Below, one piece after another: positions 37,387-46,554 of a stretch of DNA of 46,554 nt. Position numbers and translations under genes: made by a program. Numbering within the stretch: position 1 is the first letter of the stretch; every line of letters starts with the position of its first letter. The notes below the pieces were generated by a model. It ran no database searches and was not told where the DNA came from. It saw only the letters and a program-made list of their open reading frames with translations. The stretch is from Capsulimonadales bacterium (GTDB lineage Bacteria > Armatimonadota > Armatimonadia > Armatimonadales > Armatimonadaceae): the NCBI GenBank assembly GCA_033762295.1, contig JANRLW010000132.1, forward strand, positions 1-46,554, given 5' to 3'.

Positions 37387-38484
37387 ATGAAAGCGACACT
37401 GGTTCTGGCGGACGGCGCGGTGTTCGAGGGGAAAGCCTTCGGCGCGGTCGGAGAAACGACGGGGGAGGTCGTCTTTAATACGGGGATGACCGGCTATCAG
37501 GAGGCCCTGACCGACCCCTCCTATGCGGGTCAGATCCTCTGCCTCACCTATCCGCTGATCGGCAATTACGGGATCAACACGGGAGATATCGAATCGCGGC
37601 GGGTGCAGGTCAGCGGGTTCGTCGTCCGCGAGCTGGCCGACGTCCACTCCAACTGGCGCGCGACGCAATCGCTCGACGACTATCTGAAAAGCGCGGGGGT
37701 CGTGGGTCTACGGGGCATCGATACCCGCGCCCTGACCCGCCGCCTGCGCCATGCCGGGGTCATGATGGGGGCGATCGGCGTCGGTGAGGTCGATACGGAC
37801 GCTCTCGCCGCGCGTCTGCGGGACCGTGCCCACCGTTACGACACCATCGACTGGGTACGCCGCGTGACGACGCCGGAACCCTATACGTTCGGCCCGGAGG
37901 AGGCGGACGCGCGTTTTCGGGTCAGCGTACTCGACTGCGGCATCAAGTTCAACATCCTGCGCGAACTGGCGAAACTCGGTATCCGAACCACGGTCTTTCC
38001 GGCGACGGCCCCGGCGGAGGAACTGCTGGCCGACGATCCGGACGGACTCTTTCTCTCCCCCGGTCCCGGCGATCCGGCGTTGCTCGGTTATGCCGTGAAC
38101 ACGGTCCGGGAACTGGTGGCCTCGGAGAAGCCGGTGATGGGCATCTGCCTGGGGAACCAGCTTCTCGGCTGCTCGATGGGCGGAACCACCTTCAAGCTGC
38201 CGTTCGGACATCGCGGCGCGAACCACCCGGTCAAGGACCTGCCGACCGGTCGTGTGGTAATCACATCCCAGAACCACGGCTACGCTCTCGACGCGGATTC
38301 GCTGCCGTCCGACATGGTCGAGGTGACCCAGATCAATCTGAACGACGGCACGGTGGAAGGATTGCGGCACCGGGAACTGCCGGTCTTCTCGATCCAGTAC
38401 CACCCGGAAGCGTCACCCGGCCCGCGCGACTCCACCTTTTATTTTGAGCGTTTCCTCGCCCTGATGGAAAAGCGAAACGCCTGA
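37387..38484 (+). CDS. carA: Carbamoyl-phosphate synthase small subunit
   Basis: GEVVFNTGMTGYQE, LSPGPGDP, GICLG, SQNHG, QYHPEASPGP. Confidence 0.98.
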   Translation: MKATLVLADGAVFEGKAFGAVGETTGEVVFNTGMTGYQEALTDPSYAGQILCLTYPLIGNYGINTGDIESRRVQVSGFVVRELADVHSNWRATQSLDDYLKSAGVVGLRGIDTRALTRRLRHAGVMMGAIGVGEVDTDALAARLRDRAHRYDTIDWVRRVTTPEPYTFGPEEADARFRVSVLDCGIKFNILRELAKLGIRTTVFPATAPAEELLADDPDGLFLSPGPGDPALLGYAVNTVRELVASEKPVMGICLGNQLLGCSMGGTTFKLPFGHRGANHPVKDLPTGRVVITSQNHGYALDADSLPSDMVEVTQINLNDGTVEGLRHRELPVFSIQYHPEASPGPRDSTFYFERFLALMEKRNA

Positions 38485-38631
38485 TCGTCGCCCGATTCCG
38501 CCGGTGTTGTCGACAGGTGTTCCGGGCGGGTGGTGTCGCCGGGTTCCGTAGTGCGATACTATTGCAATGAGACACGTATCCTTACCGTACGGTCAATATC
38601 GATGACGAGCGGTCAAACCCCGAGGAGCGGA

Positions 38632-39393
38632 ATGATGTTAACGGACGAACAGCGCATATTATTCGAAACCAATGGCTTTTTGACGATCCGGCAGGCTCTG
38701 TCGCCGGAGGAACTCGCTGCGGTACGTGAGGCGGCGGACCGGGCCGAAGCGCTCTGGCGTAGCGACCCGACGCGGCCCGGCATCCGGTCGAACGTTCTGG
38801 AGCAGGTCCAGGCCCCGATCGAGTACGATGACCGACTGCTGGCGTTGCTCTGGCATCCGAAGGTTTTCCCTCTGGTCCGCGCCCTGATCGGCGACGACGT
38901 TTCGATGATCGACAACGACTACTTCATCACCCCGCCGCGCACCCCGCGCACCCATGCCGACTGGCACCATGACGTCGGTCTGGCCGGAGTCTACCATCCC
39001 CGCTCGGTGATGATGGTCAAGGTCTTCTTCCTGCTCAGCGATGTGGACGAGAACAGCGGCGGCACGGCCATGGTTCCGGGCAGTCATCGCTTCCCGATGG
39101 AGTTCAAGTTTCCGAACGTCGCCGACCCGCGCGCGATGCCGGGGTGCGTCCAGATGACCGGGCAGGCGGGCGATGCCTATCTGTTCAACGGACGAACCTA
39201 TCACTGCGCGGTCAACAACGATTCCGAGACCCCCCGCCGCGTTCTGATCTACAACTACGGTCACTTCTATATGAAGATCTGGCAGGGCTACGAACCGTCC
39301 GCACGACTGATCGCGGAAGCGGAAGCGTCCGATGACCCGGTGCGTATGCAGCTTCTGGGCATCGGCAACGCCTACGGTCAGTCGTTGAGTTAG
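38632..39393 (+). CDS. Phytanoyl-CoA dioxygenase family Fe(II)/2OG oxygenase
   Basis: FETNGFL, WHHD (HxD), GGTAMVPGSH, GDAYLFNGRTYH, RR; GAGGAG RBS. Confidence 0.92.
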   Translation: MMLTDEQRILFETNGFLTIRQALSPEELAAVREAADRAEALWRSDPTRPGIRSNVLEQVQAPIEYDDRLLALLWHPKVFPLVRALIGDDVSMIDNDYFITPPRTPRTHADWHHDVGLAGVYHPRSVMMVKVFFLLSDVDENSGGTAMVPGSHRFPMEFKFPNVADPRAMPGCVQMTGQAGDAYLFNGRTYHCAVNNDSETPRRVLIYNYGHFYMKIWQGYEPSARLIAEAEASDDPVRMQLLGIGNAYGQSLS

Positions 39394-39436
39394 GTGTCGG
39401 GGGAGCAGTGCCGGTTGCCGGATGTGGCAGTGAACC

Positions 39437-40516
39437 ATGACGGAGAGCGATAGTCACGACAGGGAGGCAACGAATCGCTCCGATTCGGAGCCGCCCCCTG
39501 TCACGCCCCCCTCCGAACCTTCCGCATCCGATCCCCGTCCCCTGCCCCCTAACCCGTACTCGGGCTTCCTGATCCTTCTTTCCTGTGTGGCGATCTGGGG
39601 TGTGAACGCCGTCGCGTTCAAGATCTGCACCCGTCCCCCGACCGGGACGGGTTTCGATCCGCTCTTTCTGACCGGGCTGCGTTTCGTGGTGGTCGCGCCG
39701 TGCATGGCGTTGCTGGTCGGCCTGAAGCAGCCGAAATCGCTGTTTCTTCCTCCCGGCGACTGGAAACGGTACCTGCTATTCGGCTTTGTCGCGATCGTTC
39801 TGGCGGAGACGCTTCAGCCGCTGGCGCTGCGCTTCACATCGGTCGCCAACCTGACCCTGTTGTCACACGGGACGATTTCGCTGTTCACCGCTTTCTGGGC
39901 GCTCCTTTTCTTCAAACAGCGGATCACGCGCGCGGGCTGGGTCGGCGCGGTCGTCGCAATGTTCGGCGTCGCTCTGGTCGCCGCGAACGGGAGCCAGGGC
40001 GGGTTTCGTCTCGATGCGGATTCGCTCAAAGGGGACGCCATCGCCCTGTTCCGATCGTTCGAACACAGTCTCTATCTGCTGGCGCTGTCGTGGTGGCTCC
40101 GGATGCGTCCGACACTGCAGGTTTCCCTCTTCAACTGTGTTTTCGGTGCGCTCTGGCTGCTTCCCTACGTTGTGTACCGATCGATCGGGTTTCCCTGGGA
40201 GGATGTTCCCCGGTACGTCTGGGGGTGGCTTCTCTGGACCATCTTCCCGACCACCCTGTACGGTTTTCTGGCGTGGAACTGGGCGATGCGCCGGGTCGGC
40301 GCGCTGGCGGCGACCAACACGTTTTACCTGATGCCGGTTTCGGCGGCGGTCGCCGCCCGTGTGTTGCTCGGAGAGCCGGTGACGCCCGGTCAGGGACTGG
40401 GCGGGCTGGTCATCCTCGTCGGCATCCTCCTGCTGCGCTGGGAGACCCTGGTCGAGGCAGGAGTTATCCGTGGGCGGCCCGAAATACGTTGGCGCAGGAG
40501 GGACGATAATGAATAA
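39437..40516 (+). CDS. DMT/EamA-family transporter
   Basis: About 10 TM helices; IWG, LRF, WNWAMRRVG, LLGEPVT. Confidence 0.92.
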   Translation: MTESDSHDREATNRSDSEPPPVTPPSEPSASDPRPLPPNPYSGFLILLSCVAIWGVNAVAFKICTRPPTGTGFDPLFLTGLRFVVVAPCMALLVGLKQPKSLFLPPGDWKRYLLFGFVAIVLAETLQPLALRFTSVANLTLLSHGTISLFTAFWALLFFKQRITRAGWVGAVVAMFGVALVAANGSQGGFRLDADSLKGDAIALFRSFEHSLYLLALSWWLRMRPTLQVSLFNCVFGALWLLPYVVYRSIGFPWEDVPRYVWGWLLWTIFPTTLYGFLAWNWAMRRVGALAATNTFYLMPVSAAVAARVLLGEPVTPGQGLGGLVILVGILLLRWETLVEAGVIRGRPEIRWRRRDDNE

Positions 40517-42110
40517 TTCGACGCCGAAGGTCGCTTTGCCCGACCGTTTGACGGTCACCACGGACGAGGGCGCGTTCCCGCTGGAACACCGGGGTAACCA
40601 CTGGGAAGGACAGGGCGTCACGGTCGCGCTTCCCTATCAGGGAACCGGTCTGGCGGTGCGGGTGCATGCGCCGGGGATTGCGGTGCGTCGTCTCCTGCTC
40701 CGCTGGCGATACCCGGTTGCCTACGGCAGTTTCTTCCTCGGTGACCACTTCGAACGTGGCTACGGCGACCTGGAATGGCGTGGTCTCGTTCCCGAGCGTA
40801 CCTACCCCTGGTACTTTGTCGCGTATCAGCGCAGTTCCGGGTCGACCCTCTGCTTCGGCGTCGCCACCGGTGCGCAGGCGCTCTGCTGGTGGCGTATCGA
40901 CGGGGGCGGGTTCAGCCTCGCTCTCCATATCGCCAACGGCGGCGAGGGCGTTCTGCTCGGCGATCGCGTCCTGACGGCGGCGGTCGTCCACGCCCACCAG
41001 GCCGAAGGTGTGTACGCCAGCCAGGCGATCCGCGAGTTCTGCCGGGAACTCTGCCCCGCGCCGCGTCTCCCGGACCATGTCGTGTACGGCAGCAATAACT
41101 GGTACTACGCCTACGGTCGCAGTTCGCACGACGAGATTCTGCGGGATACGGACCTTGTGACCGCGCACGCGCCCGACGGCGCGAACCGCCCGTACATGGT
41201 GATCGACGACGGATGGCAGGCGAACCGGCTCGCCTCCGACTGGATCACGACGCAACAGGGACCCTGGGACCGAGGAAACGACGGTTTCCCGAACCTGTCC
41301 GGGCTGGCGGACGCCATTCGGGACAGGGGCGCGCGACCGGGCATCTGGATTCGCCCGCTCGGCGCGGCTCCCGGAACGGCGGCCACGCGCCTGCTGTCCG
41401 CCGAACGCATCACGGATGGCGGCGCGCGTGTCCCGGCGCTGGACCCGAGCCTGCCGGAAAACCTGGCGCAGGTCACCGAGGACGTTCGTCGGCTTCGCGA
41501 CTGGGGCTATACGCTGATCAAGCACGACTGGACAACCTGCGACGTCCTGGGCCGCTGGGGTTTCCAAATGCTGGAAGGGGAACTGACGCGACCGGGCTGG
41601 CATTTCGCCGACCGTTCGCGCACCACGGCGGAGATCCTCAACGACCTCTACGCCGCGATTCGGGAAGGAGCGGGGGACGCGGTTCTGATCGGCTGCAATA
41701 CGATCGGGCATCTGGGCGCGGGCCGGTTCGAGCTACAGCGGACCGGTGATGATACGAGCGGACACGACTGGGCGCGAACCCGCAAAATGGGGATCAATAC
41801 GCTGGCCTTTCGGATGCCGCAACATCGGACGTTCTTCGAGGCGGACGCCGACTGCGTGGGCCTGACGACGCAGGTGCCGTGGCACTGGAACGCGCAGTGG
41901 CTGGACCTGCTGGCTCGCAGCGGCACCCCGCTCTTTGTCTCCGCCGCGCCGGACGCGGTCGGTCCGGAGCAGTCCGCGGCGCTGAAACGTGCGTTCGGGC
42001 TGGCGTCGGTCGAGCAGCCGATCGGCGAACCGCTCGACTGGCTGCATACCACCTGTCCGCGCCACTGGCGGTTCGGCGAGGAGGAAGTCACTTACGACTG
42101 GTTCGACTGA
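40509..42110 (+). CDS. Clan GH-D glycoside hydrolase (alpha-galactosidase-like, GH36/GH27)
   Basis: YGSNNWY, VIDDGWQ, GIWIRP, IKHDW (nucleophile), QRTGDD (acid/base). Confidence 0.85.
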   Translation: MNNSTPKVALPDRLTVTTDEGAFPLEHRGNHWEGQGVTVALPYQGTGLAVRVHAPGIAVRRLLLRWRYPVAYGSFFLGDHFERGYGDLEWRGLVPERTYPWYFVAYQRSSGSTLCFGVATGAQALCWWRIDGGGFSLALHIANGGEGVLLGDRVLTAAVVHAHQAEGVYASQAIREFCRELCPAPRLPDHVVYGSNNWYYAYGRSSHDEILRDTDLVTAHAPDGANRPYMVIDDGWQANRLASDWITTQQGPWDRGNDGFPNLSGLADAIRDRGARPGIWIRPLGAAPGTAATRLLSAERITDGGARVPALDPSLPENLAQVTEDVRRLRDWGYTLIKHDWTTCDVLGRWGFQMLEGELTRPGWHFADRSRTTAEILNDLYAAIREGAGDAVLIGCNTIGHLGAGRFELQRTGDDTSGHDWARTRKMGINTLAFRMPQHRTFFEADADCVGLTTQVPWHWNAQWLDLLARSGTPLFVSAAPDAVGPEQSAALKRAFGLASVEQPIGEPLDWLHTTCPRHWRFGEEEVTYDWFD

Positions 42111-43237
42111 TCCGTGTCGTCGAGCGAGCGACGAAAATCCTCGAGGGTTTCAAATTCCGGGATCGGGACGAATTTGGCCCGGAGCCATTGACGCCACTCC
42201 TCGTCCAGAAGCCGGACGGCGGCGGCCAGCACGTCCAGGTTGTCGGCTCGGAGCGCCATCAGGTCCGGCAGGTCGAGTTCGCGATAGCGTTCGGCCAGTT
42301 CGCCGTACCGGTGGAAATTTCCGTCCCATCCGCTCCCGGTGAGGCCGGCAAGCATTCGAGCCAGTTCGTACTGCCCGGCGCGAACGGTGGCGCTCGTTCC
42401 CGCAATGTCGCCGCGTTCGGCGAGCGAGACGGCCTTGTCGAAGGTTCCCCGCAGTTCCGGGTACGCGCCGCCCAGAAAATCCGGCGTCGTCTCCTCCGGC
42501 GGCAGGGTCGCCTGTGCCGCCCGGAGCAGGCGGCGCGTTTCAACGGCCAGCCGTTCCGCGATATTCAGGATCAGGGCGCGATCCTCGGTCGAGATCAGCA
42601 GCAGCAGACGATCTGCGAAATGCTCCGGCAGCGAGGTCCATTCGCGTGTCTGCGTCAGCAGGTCGGCATAGCCGCGCGAAAGGAATCGCTGATTGAGCAA
42701 CGCCAGGGATTCGAGTACGGCTCCCAGAAACTGCCAGACGGCGTAACGGACATCCGAGATCTCGCCCTCGGCGGACGCCAGACGGAGATTGCCCAGGTGT
42801 GCGAGCGTCATCGGAAAGGCGGCGAGCGCACGGCGGATCATCTCGGGGCGAGCTTCCGTCGTTTGAAGATGGGCGATCCGCCGCTTCAGGGCGGCCAGAC
42901 GGGCGGCGGCCTCCCCGGAACGGACGTGGAGCGTCTGCGTATGCCACACGAGCGCCGGGGCGAGCGCCCAGCCGCGCACGGTCCCCAGAGCAAACCCCTC
43001 CAGCGTCGCCCAGGAGATCCCCCAGAAGTCGAACAGCACACCGTCGATCAGGATGGAGCGATGGATCGGCGGTTGGGCGCCGTCGGCCGGAACGTAGAAG
43101 ATATCGAGATCGGAACGCTCGGTCGCCGTTCCCTGCGCATGGGAGCCGTAGTAGCCGACCAGATCGATCTGATCGGGGCAGGTTTGCAGGGCATGGCGCG
43201 TCAGAAGATCGGCAACGGCAAAAACATCCATCGGCAT
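42092..43237 (-). CDS. Pol-beta-superfamily nucleotidyltransferase (KNTase-like) with helical C-domains
   Basis: YYGSHAQG....SDLD motif plus a third Asp in VLFDFW. Confidence 0.8.
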   Translation of the reverse strand: MPMDVFAVADLLTRHALQTCPDQIDLVGYYGSHAQGTATERSDLDIFYVPADGAQPPIHRSILIDGVLFDFWGISWATLEGFALGTVRGWALAPALVWHTQTLHVRSGEAAARLAALKRRIAHLQTTEARPEMIRRALAAFPMTLAHLGNLRLASAEGEISDVRYAVWQFLGAVLESLALLNQRFLSRGYADLLTQTREWTSLPEHFADRLLLLISTEDRALILNIAERLAVETRRLLRAAQATLPPEETTPDFLGGAYPELRGTFDKAVSLAERGDIAGTSATVRAGQYELARMLAGLTGSGWDGNFHRYGELAERYRELDLPDLMALRADNLDVLAAAVRLLDEEWRQWLRAKFVPIPEFETLEDFRRSLDDTDQSNQS

Positions 43238-43315
43238 CCCTTCACTCCGTTCACAGGTCGCACTCACATCCGAGGGCTTGCTCGCCGGGCTTCGTGGCCC
43301 GGCTTGATCGCCGGG

Positions 43316-44380
43316 CTATTCCGCCTCCGGGTAGGAGCCGAGAAGGGTGACGAAGAGGCTCTGCTCCTCGAGCATCTTCAGCGCCTCGGCGACTCGCTCC
43401 TCTTTGAGATGTCCCTGGAAATCGATGAAGAAGACGTACTCCCAGGGCATCTGCTTGGTCGGACGCGACTCGATCATGGTCAGGTTGATGTTGTGGGCAT
43501 CGAAGGCGGCCATGGCGCGCAGCAGGGCGCCGGCCTTATGCCGCACCGAGAAGAAGATGCTGGTCTTGTCCTTTCCGGACGGCTGCGGGGTATTGTTTCC
43601 GATGACGAGAAACCGGGTGCGGTTGTGCTTGCTGTCCTCGATATGCGGGGCGACCAGAGGCACGTCGTAGATCTCGGCCGCGATATCGGTGCAGATCGCC
43701 GCGCCTTCGGAATCGACCGCCGCCATCTGGGCGGATTTGCTGTTGCTGGTCACCTCGACCACTTCGGTCCGGGGCAGGTGATCCCGAATCCAGCCCCGGC
43801 TCTGGGCCAGGCTTTGCGGATGGGCATAGAGGCGACGTACCGCCTTCAGGCTTTCGGCGCGGGTCGCGAGGTTATGCACGACCGGCACGAATACCTCGGC
43901 GCAGACTTTCAGCGGCGTTCTGGCGAACATATCGAGGGTATAGGGAACCACTCCCTCGGTGCTGTTCTCGACCGGAACGACACCGTACTGCACCGCTCCC
44001 CGTTCGACCTCGGTAAAAACGTCCGGGATGGTGTCAACCGCCTTCAATTCGGAGGAGGAACCGAACTTGGCCAGGGCGGCGCGATGCGAGAAGGTGCCCG
44101 CCGGTCCGAGGTAGGCAGCCGTCGTCGGCGCTTCGAGCGACCGGGACGCCGAGATAATCTCCCGCCAGATCGCCTGCAACGCCTCATCGGGGTAGGGACC
44201 GGGATTCGCTTCCTTCAGTCGTTCGAAAATCTGCCGTTCCCGCTCCGGCTTAAAAAAGTCGGTCGCGTTTTTGCTCTTGAACGTCCCGACCTCCTGGGCG
44301 AGCCGCGCCCGCTCGGAAAGCAGGGTCAGCAACCGGTCGTCGATGGCGTCGATCTTTTCTCGCAAGTCCTGCAAAGACAT
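43316..44380 (-). CDS. pheA: Chorismate mutase / prephenate dehydratase (P-protein)
   Basis: LREKIDAIDD, YLGPAGTFSH, VPVENSTEG, NRTRF, INLTMIESRP, LGSYP. Confidence 0.97.
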   Translation of the reverse strand: MSLQDLREKIDAIDDRLLTLLSERARLAQEVGTFKSKNATDFFKPERERQIFERLKEANPGPYPDEALQAIWREIISASRSLEAPTTAAYLGPAGTFSHRAALAKFGSSSELKAVDTIPDVFTEVERGAVQYGVVPVENSTEGVVPYTLDMFARTPLKVCAEVFVPVVHNLATRAESLKAVRRLYAHPQSLAQSRGWIRDHLPRTEVVEVTSNSKSAQMAAVDSEGAAICTDIAAEIYDVPLVAPHIEDSKHNRTRFLVIGNNTPQPSGKDKTSIFFSVRHKAGALLRAMAAFDAHNINLTMIESRPTKQMPWEYVFFIDFQGHLKEERVAEALKMLEEQSLFVTLLGSYPEAE

Positions 44381-44491
44381 GGCACTTCCTCGGAATGGTC
44401 CCCCGGCCGCAGTTTCGGCCCTACCGTTTTGGGGGTAAATGGGCTACAATCGCTGTCAGTATATCAGGCCACCCCTTCGGAAAGGTTACCC

Positions 44492-45391
44492 ATGCCGGAT
44501 TGGTTCAAACGCCGGTCGAACATAAACGAAAATAAGGATAATGAGCCGACGGTCCCCCCGCCGAAAACTCCCTCCCCCTCGGGCGTGATCCCGGAAGGCG
44601 CGTTTACGAAGTGTCAGAAATGCGGCGCCATCCTTTATACCAAGGACTTCGAACGGGATCTTAAGGTCTGCCCGAAGTGCGGCCACCATCATCGTCTGAC
44701 CGCCGACGAACGTATTGCCTTTACCCTGGACGAAGGATCGTTTCTCGAGTTTGGCAACGACTTCGAGGCGGTCGATATCCTGGATTTCCCCGAGTACGGG
44801 GCGAAACTCGACCTCGGTCGACGGCATGCCTCCGGTCGAAACGACGGTCTGGTGACCGGGTTCGGCTCGATCGGCGGCTGGCCCTGCGTCTTCGGGACCG
44901 TCGATTTCGGCTTCGCCCGTCTGGCGGGAACGATGGGCAGCGTCTTCGGTGAGAAGTTCGACCGGGCGGCGGATGCCGCTCTGGAAAAACGGCTGCCGTT
45001 CGTGCTGTTCTGCGCCTCGGGCGGCGCACGGATGCAGGAGGGGCTGTTCGGCCTGATGCAGATGGCGAAAACGTCGGCGGCGCTCTCCCTGCTCGCGCAG
45101 GAAGCGATCCCGTATGTCGTCATCCTGACGGACCCGACCACGGGCGGCGCGATCGCCTCCTATGCCTCTCTCGGCGATGTGATCTACGCCGAGCCGGGAG
45201 CGACCGTCGCCTTCGCCGGAGACCGGGTCGCCTCGCAGGCGCAGACCCATAAACCGCCCGCCAACTACAAGACCGCCGAGTTCTACCTGGAACACGGGAT
45301 GATCGACCGAATCGTCCCGCGCAAGGAGATTCCCGTGACCCTCACCCGTACCCTCTCCTTCTTCGGTCTGCGAGAGCGGACGACCGACTGA
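44492..45391 (+). CDS. accD: Acetyl-CoA carboxylase carboxyltransferase beta subunit
   Basis: KCQKC...VCPKC Zn finger, GTMGSVFGEK, SGGARMQEG, DPTTGG. Real start is MPDWFK at 44492, not 41879. Confidence 0.96.
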   Translation: MPDWFKRRSNINENKDNEPTVPPPKTPSPSGVIPEGAFTKCQKCGAILYTKDFERDLKVCPKCGHHHRLTADERIAFTLDEGSFLEFGNDFEAVDILDFPEYGAKLDLGRRHASGRNDGLVTGFGSIGGWPCVFGTVDFGFARLAGTMGSVFGEKFDRAADAALEKRLPFVLFCASGGARMQEGLFGLMQMAKTSAALSLLAQEAIPYVVILTDPTTGGAIASYASLGDVIYAEPGATVAFAGDRVASQAQTHKPPANYKTAEFYLEHGMIDRIVPRKEIPVTLTRTLSFFGLRERTTD

Positions 45392-45395
45392 CACC

Positions 45396-46376
45396 ATGGA
45401 AAACCTCAACGTACTGGAGTTCGAGCAGCAACTGGCCGAACTCGACAAGACCCTGGAAAACCTGGATCGTGCGGCCGCGCGGGAGAACCGCCCGGACGCC
45501 GCCGCCGAGGCCCGGAAGATTCGTGAGGAGCGGGACGCGTATCTGCGGCTGTTCTTCGAACGCCTGCAGCCCTGGGACCGGGTTTTGCTGGCGCGGCATA
45601 AGGATCGGCCGTACACGCTGGACTATGTTCCCCTCCTGACCGAGTCGTTCACCGAACTTTCGGGAGACCGGCTCTTTGGCGATGATGGCGCTCTGGTCGG
45701 CGGGTTCGCGTCCATCGCCGGGCGTTCGGTCCTGCTGATCGGGCAACAGAAAGGCCGGGATATCAAGGAGCGGCAGAAGCGGAACTTCGGTTATGTCCGT
45801 CCGGAGGGCTACCGGAAGGCGTTACGACTGATGCAAATGGCGGCCCGCTTCACCCGACCGATCGTTTCGCTGGTCGATACGCCCGGCGCGGACCCGAACG
45901 TCCCGAGCGAGGAGCGAGGGATCTCGGAGGCGATCGCGCGCAACCTGCGGGAGATGGCCGCGCTGCGAACGCCGACGCTCGCGGTGGTGATCGGCGAAGG
46001 CGGAAGCGGCGGCGCGCTGGGAATCGCCGTCTGCGACCGGGTCCTGATGCTGGAGCATAGCATCTACTCGGTCATCGCTCCCGAGGGATGTGCGGCGATT
46101 CTCTGGCGCGACTCGACACGGGGTGCGGACGCCGCGAAAGCGATGCGGGTGACGGCGAAGGACGCGCTCACGCTCGGACTGATCGACGAGGTGATTCCCG
46201 AACCGCTCGGCGGGGCGCATCGCGGAGCGGAAGCGACCGCTGCCGCGGTCCGCGATGCCGTGACCCGCCATCTCGACGAACTGACGGCGCTGCCGATTCC
46301 CGAACTGCTGAAACGCCGTCATGCCCGTCTGCGCTCGTTCGGACGTGTCCAGGAAATCGCCGTCAGCGTAAAATGA
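45396..46376 (+). CDS. accA: Acetyl-CoA carboxylase carboxyltransferase alpha subunit
   Basis: LEFEQ, RPYTLDY, GDRLFGDD, RNFG..PEGYRKALR, GEGGSGGAL, EPLGGAHR. Confidence 0.98.
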   Translation: MENLNVLEFEQQLAELDKTLENLDRAAARENRPDAAAEARKIREERDAYLRLFFERLQPWDRVLLARHKDRPYTLDYVPLLTESFTELSGDRLFGDDGALVGGFASIAGRSVLLIGQQKGRDIKERQKRNFGYVRPEGYRKALRLMQMAARFTRPIVSLVDTPGADPNVPSEERGISEAIARNLREMAALRTPTLAVVIGEGGSGGALGIAVCDRVLMLEHSIYSVIAPEGCAAILWRDSTRGADAAKAMRVTAKDALTLGLIDEVIPEPLGGAHRGAEATAAAVRDAVTRHLDELTALPIPELLKRRHARLRSFGRVQEIAVSVK

Positions 46377-46554
46377 GGCGGTTCCGGAAGCTCCGCCCGA
46401 TAGAACCGAGGAAAGCGACTCCTGCGAGCAGAAGAGACACGGTTCGCGGTTCGGGAGCGGCGGAGATGAGGCCGTAGGTAACGATCAGGCGGGGCGTTCG
46501 GCCGCCGTCCGGTTCCTCAGTCGAGGCGAACCGCCGTGCGGTCCCGGAGATTCC
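46363..46554 (-). CDS. 3' end of a PEP-CTERM surface protein (DNRLRE-like domain end); runs off the window
   Basis: Manual translation: GISGTARRFASTEEPDGGRTPRLIVTYGLISAAPEPRTVSLLLAGVAFLGSIGRSFRNRLILR*. Not in the ORF track because its start is outside the window. Confidence 0.82.
   Translation of the reverse strand, partial: GISGTARRFASTEEPDGGRTPRLIVTYGLISAAPEPRTVSLLLAGVAFLGSIGRSFRNRLILR

Noticed and set aside
41879..44491. 1170-aa ORF suggesting a giant AccD fusion
   Set aside because: The first ~870 codons are the stop-free antisense shadow of pheA and the nucleotidyltransferase in GC-rich DNA. AccD homology starts only at ATG 44492.

Overview
A GC-rich bacterial chromosomal window. Armatimonadota is suggested by the APEP-type PEP-CTERM proteins, the Ig-like/copper-amine-oxidase-N protein, the secreted TPR-CHAT and the BTAD-STAND regulator, but this is inference only. 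Positions 1-~2545 are the end of a lower-GC integrated element. It carries an unusually long large serine recombinase (>859 aa, with an extra Myb/SANT-like HTH and an unknown C-terminal domain) and interrupts a TetA-like MFS gene; the recombinase ORF reads across the junction and stops in host DNA. Next come a HJR-like gene, murQ, a divergent prs and an FmdB zinc-ribbon gene. Positions 5.7-13.8 kb hold a candidate undescribed module: a SARP/BTAD-STAND-TPR regulator flanked by a secreted TPR-CHAT (caspase-like) protease and two paralogous exported proteins, one of them PEP-CTERM anchored. Both target promoters carry the same TCCTGTTACG-N4-YGTTACG repeat exactly 9 bp before a -10 box. A syp-like polysaccharide control block follows (GAF/5xPAS kinase, REC-PAS-PP2C-kinase, sigma-54 promoter, GT4, and an apparently degenerate nucleotidyltransferase/PGT fusion). 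The rest is surface and lipoprotein genes, hydrolases, Eis, AraC/NmrA, a TPR-AAA ATPase, rnpB, Uma2, a PyrR-attenuated pyrR-pyrB-pyrC-carA operon, PhyH/DMT/alpha-galactosidase, a nucleotidyltransferase, pheA, accD-accA and the 3' end of another PEP-CTERM gene.
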